Under the pieces are notes generated by a model. The model searched no databases. It was not told the DNA's origin and saw only the letters and a program-made list of their open reading frames with translations. Below are positions 57,994-64,000 of a stretch of 64,000 nucleotides of DNA, piece after piece. The stretch is taken from IMG/VR virus record IMGVR_UViG_3300036980_001087, positions 32,943-96,942 of that record. One strand, given 5' to 3'. Position 1 is the stretch's first letter, and every line of letters begins with the position of its first letter. The position numbers were made by a program, and so were the translations under genes. This DNA is from a virus.

Positions 57994-58979
57994 TGGTTTA
58001 CGCCTTTGGTGCTTATGGTACTAATAATATTGGGGATGAAGCTATATTTGCTGGATTAAAGCATGAATATCCAGACGCAATACAAATATATGTAAACAAG
58101 CCCTGGTCCTGGTCCCCAACCGCAAATCTTCCCATATGGTATGCAGATTTTCTTACAGGAGTGTGTAAATTTACTAAAGAGGACACCCTTATAATTGGTG
58201 GTGGTGGATTATTGCACAGCCTTAAGGCCGTAAATGACTATTATACAATGGCCTCTTTAGTAACTGAAGCGGGAGGTAAAGTTTTAATTGAAGGTATTGG
58301 GGCTGAGGGAATTCAATCTAGCTACAAAGATATTGTTAAGCAACTTTTAAGTCTGGCTAGCCATATCTCTGTTAGAACTACTACATCTAAAGACTTATTA
58401 CAGCCATTAACCAAAAATAAAATAGACGTGCGTAAAGACTTTGCATATTCTATGGCTACAAAATCTAATACTCCTGGTCCCCTATCAACACAACGGTATA
58501 TTGGAATTGTGGTTGGTGGGGCCGAAGATTTACATGTTTATGATGAACTTAGCAACTTATTAGCAAAGTATACAGTTGGACCAGAGCATTATAATTTTTT
58601 ATTGATACCTCATTCAATTTCTTATACAAATCCAATGAATAATGATCTATTAATCTTCCAGTATTTATGGTCTAATTGTAATATTTATCATGCTAAACGT
58701 GAGGAACGAATTTATATTTTAGATTATACTCCACATGATCCAGAAGAGGCCCTTAATTTATACAAGGATTTAATGCTTGGATGTATTGGATGGAGATATC
58801 ACTCTTTAATATTTAGTGAGATGGCCAATGTTCCAATGCTATTAGCTGCACCTACATTTAAGAACATGGCCTATGTTAAAGACGTTAAAAGATCCAACTT
58901 AATTGTAAAGCAGAGCAATGAAACTTTAGAGCAGGCATTTAATAATTTTATACCATTACTTGCAGTTCAACAATTTTAG
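57993..58979 (+). CDS. Polysaccharide pyruvyl transferase family protein
   Basis: GAYG..NIGDEAI, IIGGGGL, GIG, ISVR, D.A, RYH..I.S...VP. Confidence 0.8.
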   Translation: MVYAFGAYGTNNIGDEAIFAGLKHEYPDAIQIYVNKPWSWSPTANLPIWYADFLTGVCKFTKEDTLIIGGGGLLHSLKAVNDYYTMASLVTEAGGKVLIEGIGAEGIQSSYKDIVKQLLSLASHISVRTTTSKDLLQPLTKNKIDVRKDFAYSMATKSNTPGPLSTQRYIGIVVGGAEDLHVYDELSNLLAKYTVGPEHYNFLLIPHSISYTNPMNNDLLIFQYLWSNCNIYHAKREERIYILDYTPHDPEEALNLYKDLMLGCIGWRYHSLIFSEMANVPMLLAAPTFKNMAYVKDVKRSNLIVKQSNETLEQAFNNFIPLLAVQQF

Positions 58980-58992
58980 GTATATAATATAT
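58960..58992 (+). promoter_or_regulatory. Class III promoter
   Basis: TTGCAG-N17-TATAAT within GGTATATAATATA. Confidence 0.6.
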
Positions 58993-59223
58993 GGTAGTAG
59001 CAGATTTTAATTTAGATATTACTAGTGCATTACAAACTTTAACTGCTTTAGTTAAATTTCCTGGAGGACATTGTCATAAGGTACATATTTTTACTAGTCC
59101 ATCAGAATTAAATATAGCTACTCCTTTTTTTGATGTACTTTATATAGATGGAATACGTAAGAACATAGCACAAGGGCGGATTAACAAATTAAAAGACCAA
59201 ATAATTAACCTGGGAGGGTAAAG

Positions 59224-59661
59224 ATGGAAGGAATACTGCAAGAATTAAGCGGGGAGTTGGTTCGTATCGATTCAAAATGGTATAAAGTTGCTTCACCTCA
59301 GTACGTGCCTAAAGAAATGGGCATTAAGGTTTCTTTTAGTACTGATGATGCGGATCCGGGAATGATTAAGTTTATCAAGGCCTTTGTAGCCGGAGAAGGC
59401 AAGCCTACTACTAAACCTTATGTTAAAAAAGCGTATGGCCAGGCAAAAGCAGAGCCCGCCTCAGGAGGAGCTACCCCTGGTCCTAAATCTACCGGTTATG
59501 GTAGTGAGGCCGACGTTAAGGGTAAAGAAGTGGGTTGTGCTATTGGTGCTGCTGCACAGATATTATCCGGTAGTGGTGAAGCACCTTCAGTTATTCTTGT
59601 TAAGATGAAGCAGCTGGTCGAAGGGCTCTTAGCAATATCGAAGGAATTTAAAGTTAAATAA
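59224..59661 (+). CDS. Hypothetical protein (possible ssDNA-binding/annealing)
   Basis: GGAGG RBS, OB-like N-terminus, flexible linker, helical C-terminus. Confidence 0.4.
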   Translation: MEGILQELSGELVRIDSKWYKVASPQYVPKEMGIKVSFSTDDADPGMIKFIKAFVAGEGKPTTKPYVKKAYGQAKAEPASGGATPGPKSTGYGSEADVKGKEVGCAIGAAAQILSGSGEAPSVILVKMKQLVEGLLAISKEFKVK

Positions 59662-59662
59662 A

Positions 59663-59911
59663 ATGGAAAAACAAATAACTATAAGAGTATGTGATAGATG
59701 TACTTGTAAAAAGCCGAGACGTGCAGTTATTAGATGCATTATATGTCAAAGAGATGTCTGTTCTGAACATAGAAGTTGGAATGATTTCTTTGATGGCCTT
59801 TGTAGTGAATGTAGTACTGCTATAGAGGAGCTTAAGCCTGCACAAAAGGCACAAGTACAAAAACAAATAGCAGACATACTCGCGCCTATTATAGTTGTAC
59901 ATAAGTTATAA
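59663..59911 (+). CDS. B-box-like Zn-finger tagged protein (ends ILAPIIVVHKL)
   Basis: CDRC, CIIC..DVC..H, CSEC. Confidence 0.55.
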   Translation: MEKQITIRVCDRCTCKKPRRAVIRCIICQRDVCSEHRSWNDFFDGLCSECSTAIEELKPAQKAQVQKQIADILAPIIVVHKL

Positions 59912-59913
59912 AT

Positions 59914-59948
59914 ACTTGGTTGATTATTTTGGTAAATATGTTATACTT
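59914..59948 (+). promoter_or_regulatory. Class II promoter driving the mini-sigma operon
   Basis: Near-duplicate of 41247-41281. Confidence 0.65.
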
Positions 59949-59966
59949 ATACTGGAGGAAAAGAGA

Positions 59967-60134
59967 ATGAAGATTCAAGGAAGCTCACCTACAAGCATCA
60001 TAAAGAATGGCTTTTTCCAGGGAAAGAACTCAATACAGGTCTTTCTTATGGTTAAAGACCAATATCCTCATTATGATGATAAGAAGTTGAGAAAATTGAT
60101 CTCCGTTCTTAAGAGCAAGTTTATCAAAAAATAG
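59967..60134 (+). CDS. 55-aa basic helical protein
   Basis: GGAGG RBS before MKIQG. Confidence 0.6.
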   Translation: MKIQGSSPTSIIKNGFFQGKNSIQVFLMVKDQYPHYDDKKLRKLISVLKSKFIKK

Positions 60135-60142
60135 GAGGACTT

Positions 60143-60514
60143 ATGAGTACAAAGACAGTTGACTCTATTGTCTCCGCTCTCCAGTCTAAGAAGGGGATTA
60201 GTAATAAGGACTATCAGAGGGTATATAGGGTGTGTAAGAAGGTATCAAGTAAAGTGTTTAATCAATATGGCATGAATTCCATTGTACATAATCCCCACCT
60301 TAAAGAAGAAATTATTGAGGACGTAGCTACTATGTCTTTAGTAAAATCTATTAAGGGATTTAATCCAGAGAAGAAGGCTAAGTTCTTTACTTATTACTAT
60401 AATAAAGCAAGATCAGCTACTAGAGTGCATGCTATGAAGTGCCATCGCAGGTACCATTTGATTAATGCAAGTAGTCTGGATGCTTTTAATGATAAGGAAT
60501 CACAAGAGGACTAA
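60143..60514 (+). CDS. Sigma70 region-2-only phage sigma factor
   Basis: EDVATMSLVKSIKGFNPEKKAKFFTYYYNKAR matches region 2.2-2.3 (L.KA...FDP.KG.KFSTY); ends shortly after SSLD; no region 4. Confidence 0.65.
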   Translation: MSTKTVDSIVSALQSKKGISNKDYQRVYRVCKKVSSKVFNQYGMNSIVHNPHLKEEIIEDVATMSLVKSIKGFNPEKKAKFFTYYYNKARSATRVHAMKCHRRYHLINASSLDAFNDKESQED

Positions 60515-60533
60515 GCAAGAACTAATAAATAAG

Positions 60534-60550
60534 AAGCCCAACGGGCTTTT
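60534..60550 (+). terminator. Intrinsic terminator
   Basis: AAGCCC-AAC-GGGCTTTT. Confidence 0.6.
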
Positions 60551-60561
60551 AGATAGGATAT

Positions 60562-60933
60562 ATGCGTTTACTAATTTGTGGTGATAGGAATTGGACAAAC
60601 AAGGAATTAATCTTAGATGTTGTACGAGCAATAAGACCTAAGCCTAAAGTGATTATTAGTGGTGGTGCACAAGGTGCAGATAAATTAGCTGCTGAAGTAG
60701 CTATAGAATTAAAGATTCCATTGCAAGAATTTCTAGCTAAATGGGAACAATTTGGTAAAGCGGCAGGACCAATCCGAAATCAAACTATGTTACGGGAAGG
60801 ACAGCCTACATTAGTTATTGCATTCCATGATGATATAAAAAATTCAAAAGGAACTGCACATATGCTTTATATCGCTAAATATAATAAAATTAAAACTCGT
60901 CTATACACTACGAAAGGTTTAGTCAATGATTAA
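60562..60933 (+). CDS. YspA/SLOG-family (DUF2493) protein
   Basis: LLICGDRNW, ISGGAQGAD, A.W...GKAAGPIRN..M, SKGT.HM. Confidence 0.85.
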   Translation: MRLLICGDRNWTNKELILDVVRAIRPKPKVIISGGAQGADKLAAEVAIELKIPLQEFLAKWEQFGKAAGPIRNQTMLREGQPTLVIAFHDDIKNSKGTAHMLYIAKYNKIKTRLYTTKGLVND

Positions 60934-63166
60934 AAATCTAGGAGAAACCATAGAGGCCCTCAAGCCCCATCTTAAAAAGTACCTTCTTGCTAAAGGCACC
61001 CAATTTAAAGGCAGACTATTCCAATGTCCCAATAGGAATGCTCACCGTAACCAGGATGTCAAGCCGGGATGTAATTTCCTAGATAAGGACGAAAGTAAAT
61101 TTTATTGTTATGTCTGTGGTGCCACTGGGGATATCTTTGATGCAGTACATCTACTTGAAAATAGGCAAGTTACAGGTGCCGGATTTCACGATACAGTAGA
61201 GTATTTATGCAAGATAACTAAAGTGCCTTATGCCTTGGCCGAGGATACTCCTGAGTCTCAATTCATGCAGGAAGTTGAATCTTTCCTTGATGCTCTTGTT
61301 TCTAGGGCACATACAAATCTTAAAAATTTAGTAACTACTGAACCTACCCATCCAGCAGTAAAATTATTACAGACTAAGGGGTGGTTAGGAAGTGTTGATA
61401 CTTATAGGTTAGGGATTATCCAGGCAGTAAAAGAGCCCAAAGTTCAGAAATTAAAGGACGTATGCAATTTTTTAAACCTTAACTTGAATGATCTAGTCAA
61501 TGGAATTATTATTCCTATTGAATTTAAGCATAAGTTAATAGGGTTTCAGATTAGAGCCACAGAATTAAATACTTTAAGTGGGATGAAATATAAGACTTAT
61601 CTTTCCACTAATAAAGGGCTCTTTAATCTTGATAATATTGATCCTTCCCAAACCGTTTATATGGTGGAAGGGGCATCTTCCATTATTGTAATGCACAATT
61701 ATGGCCTTGATAACGCTGTAGCTACCTTAGGTAATGGAATTAATGATGCTCACTATGAGGCCCTTATTACTAAAGATATTAAAGATGTCTGCTTAATGTA
61801 TGATAATGATGATGGTGGAGACATTGGTAGAAAACGTGCCTGCGAGACATTTGTAGGAAAGAATGAGATCAAGCTTAGTTTTAAATTACTTACTAAAGAA
61901 AATGATCCTGCAGATTTCTTATTAGCCAACCATAAATTTGATGAATTACCTACTCTTAGTTTATGGGATTATCTTTTGCATAAGGGGTATAAGGAATTAA
62001 TGTTAAAGTATGTGGCTGCTCAACAGGATTTAATTGATAAAGAGCGCCTGGTAGGCATCTTATCAAAAGAGTTGGATGTAACCAAAGCCGTATTAATGGA
62101 AGAGATCCATAAATATGAGAGCACTTTAAGTGAAGTTCCTACCATCATGTCACTTAAAGAAAAGGAATCCATCATTGAGACAATCAATAGTTTTGAGAAG
62201 TGGGCCTGGAGTAGAGGAGAGCTCCTTGGAATTAAATCTTTTGATTGTTTTGATAAAAGTTTTGATGGATTACAGGAAGGTTTGATCTTGGTAGGTGGTG
62301 CGCCTAACGTAGGGAAGTCTGCTCTAACCACTTCAATAGCCTGTAGAATTATGGAAACTACAGCCAATGCTTATATTATTTATTTAAGTATTGATGATTC
62401 TGCTATCATTACCACAGCAAGATTTCTTGCTAATCTATCTGGTATTCCTATTAATATAGTCTCCAATCCCAAACATAGGATTGTTGACAATAAATATTAT
62501 ACGGATGCAGAAAAGAAAGACTTAATGGTTCGCAGGGAGAAGGCTCTGGAATATATGCGTAAGCATGTAGCTGTATTTAATTTGAAAGACGCCTCCAGTG
62601 GTTATACAATAGAGTACCTTAATACTTTATTTAAATCACTTGAGCCCATAATTAAGGATAAGAAGGTAGTTTTAATAGTGGATAATCTGCACAAGCTTCG
62701 CAGCCTTAAAGAATACAAAAGTGATAAGTCTTTAGTAGATTCAGTGTGTAATAATCTAAAGATACTTTCTGGAATTTATAAATGTCCTGTAATTGCTACA
62801 GTGGAGCATACTAAGGCCTCAATTCAATTAGGAGAAATTGGTGGATCAGCTATAAAAGAATCTTCGTCTTTGCATTATGATGCTAATTTAATATTAACTG
62901 TAGTTGTGAAGCAGGTAGTAGGCGCATTTAAATTAATCGACGTCATGGTTAGTAAGAATAAAATGAGCACCTTTATAGGGGCAATGCCTTTTAGATTATA
63001 TCCTGATCAGTCTAAAATGGAAGAATGTGGTGCCACGCAAGGTAACTTTGGAACTAATTTAGGAGGGCAAGATGGACCAGCAGATAAAATGGAAGGTACT
63101 GGAACGACAGATAAACTTAATCAAGACTCCAGAGATTCAACAGTTTGTGAAGGAGACCCTAAATAA
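60926..63166 (+). CDS. Primase-helicase (Zn finger + TOPRIM + DnaB-like)
   Basis: CP...H..C..CYVC..GDIFD; VEG, YDND..G; GAPNVGKS, IVDNLH, YDA, KN. Confidence 0.88.
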   Translation: MIKNLGETIEALKPHLKKYLLAKGTQFKGRLFQCPNRNAHRNQDVKPGCNFLDKDESKFYCYVCGATGDIFDAVHLLENRQVTGAGFHDTVEYLCKITKVPYALAEDTPESQFMQEVESFLDALVSRAHTNLKNLVTTEPTHPAVKLLQTKGWLGSVDTYRLGIIQAVKEPKVQKLKDVCNFLNLNLNDLVNGIIIPIEFKHKLIGFQIRATELNTLSGMKYKTYLSTNKGLFNLDNIDPSQTVYMVEGASSIIVMHNYGLDNAVATLGNGINDAHYEALITKDIKDVCLMYDNDDGGDIGRKRACETFVGKNEIKLSFKLLTKENDPADFLLANHKFDELPTLSLWDYLLHKGYKELMLKYVAAQQDLIDKERLVGILSKELDVTKAVLMEEIHKYESTLSEVPTIMSLKEKESIIETINSFEKWAWSRGELLGIKSFDCFDKSFDGLQEGLILVGGAPNVGKSALTTSIACRIMETTANAYIIYLSIDDSAIITTARFLANLSGIPINIVSNPKHRIVDNKYYTDAEKKDLMVRREKALEYMRKHVAVFNLKDASSGYTIEYLNTLFKSLEPIIKDKKVVLIVDNLHKLRSLKEYKSDKSLVDSVCNNLKILSGIYKCPVIATVEHTKASIQLGEIGGSAIKESSSLHYDANLILTVVVKQVVGAFKLIDVMVSKNKMSTFIGAMPFRLYPDQSKMEECGATQGNFGTNLGGQDGPADKMEGTGTTDKLNQDSRDSTVCEGDPK

Positions 63167-63644
63167 TACCCCTGATTATTTCTTTAAAGCCTGGGCATCT
63201 TCTACTGGCAAATATCATCCAGCTTGTACTTGTGTAGATGGTGGGCTTGTAAGGCACGTTCGTAGGGCAACATATATTGCCAATCGTTTATGTGAGGGTT
63301 GGGGTTTATTTGATTTAAGTAGAGATATAGTTTTGGCTGCGATTATTATCCATGATATAGCCAAGGTACCTTCCGGTGGTAATTATGCTGAGTATGAAAA
63401 TCATCCCATACATGCTCAAAAATATTTTGCAGTAATGGAAGTCAGTGACTCTTTTCCTGTGGAGAAGGCCTTTCCTGTGCAAACTGGAATTACAAATGCT
63501 GTAATTCATCATATGGGAAGGTGGACCCCAAAGAGTGTGGCCAAGCCCATTGAATCCTATACATTAACAGAATTAGCAGTTTATACTGCCGACTATATGG
63601 CAACCACTAAAGATTTAGTTACTCCGGAGGACACGCTTGAATAA
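63072..63644 (+). CDS. HD-domain phosphohydrolase
   Basis: ASSTGKYHP, GGL.RH, HDIAK, HHMG.W, AD. Confidence 0.8.
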   Translation: MDQQIKWKVLERQINLIKTPEIQQFVKETLNNTPDYFFKAWASSTGKYHPACTCVDGGLVRHVRRATYIANRLCEGWGLFDLSRDIVLAAIIIHDIAKVPSGGNYAEYENHPIHAQKYFAVMEVSDSFPVEKAFPVQTGITNAVIHHMGRWTPKSVAKPIESYTLTELAVYTADYMATTKDLVTPEDTLE

Positions 63645-64000
63645 ACAGGAACTAGAGCAAAGAATCCGCGCGTTAGACCCCTGGTTTGAGTATATTCAAT
63701 TTCCTTTTGGGTTAGAATCAAGGCCATGTCAAGATATTCAGCATGAAGTTTATAATCATCCCATATCTTTAGCTGCTAGAGTAGAAAAATTATTGCCCTC
63801 TAATAGCGTACAGGATAAAATGATTTTAGATATGGGGTGTAATGGGGGTTACTTTACCTATCTTTATGCAAAGAATGGTGCAATCGTAGATGCAATGGAT
63901 TTAAACCCTAGATATGTGGAGCAAACCAAATTAGTAAGGGACGTCTTTGGAGGAGAATTTACAAGACCGGTAACTGTTTCACAAGCAAATATAGAGTCTT
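63637..64000 (+). CDS. Partial class I SAM methyltransferase (CmoB/DUF1698-like)
   Basis: TTG start after GGAGG; MNKQELEQRIRALDPWF...ILDMGCNGGYF; open to window end. Confidence 0.75.
   Translation, partial: MNKQELEQRIRALDPWFEYIQFPFGLESRPCQDIQHEVYNHPISLAARVEKLLPSNSVQDKMILDMGCNGGYFTYLYAKNGAIVDAMDLNPRYVEQTKLVRDVFGGEFTRPVTVSQANIES

Noticed and set aside
1-64000. Prophage within a host chromosome
   Set aside because: No integrase, att site or host housekeeping synteny; recA, ruvB, def and pepA homologs are truncated and embedded among phage genes.

Overview
The whole window is one large tailed-phage (Caudoviricetes) genome segment, with no host genes, integrase, tRNA or CRISPR array visible. It has two divergent arms separated by an ~840 bp non-coding region (24412-25250). 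The left arm (minus strand) is the virion module in an unusual order. Collagen, DUF2793, LRR and LamG fibre genes come first, then HK97-type prohead protease, major capsid, an HNH-flanked GT9 glycosyltransferase, neck genes, a very small tail tube, chaperones and tape measure. No terminase or portal is visible in the window. The right arm (plus strand) carries ~80 small early ORFs and a MoxR-type AAA+ / metallopeptidase-VWA pair. It also encodes RecA-like, RuvB-like, DNA ligase, RNA ligase, 5'-3' exonuclease and primase-helicase proteins. Auxiliary genes include an M17 aminopeptidase, peptide deformylase, BT1 transporter, glycan-modifying enzymes and outer-membrane-type proteins that suggest a diderm host. 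The most striking signal is ~25 otherwise unrelated small proteins that share a C-terminal helix-plus-terminal Y/F/L tag. Their densest run starts at the stop of the AAA+/VWA-peptidase pair, suggesting a modular adaptor system docking on one hub. Second, a region-2-only mini sigma factor sits in its own two-gene operon, and a candidate late-promoter motif (GTTTTCAAT) was seen only in the structural arm. Third, two different cargo genes are each sandwiched between paralogous HNH endonucleases. All annotation is by eye from motifs; no database searches were run.
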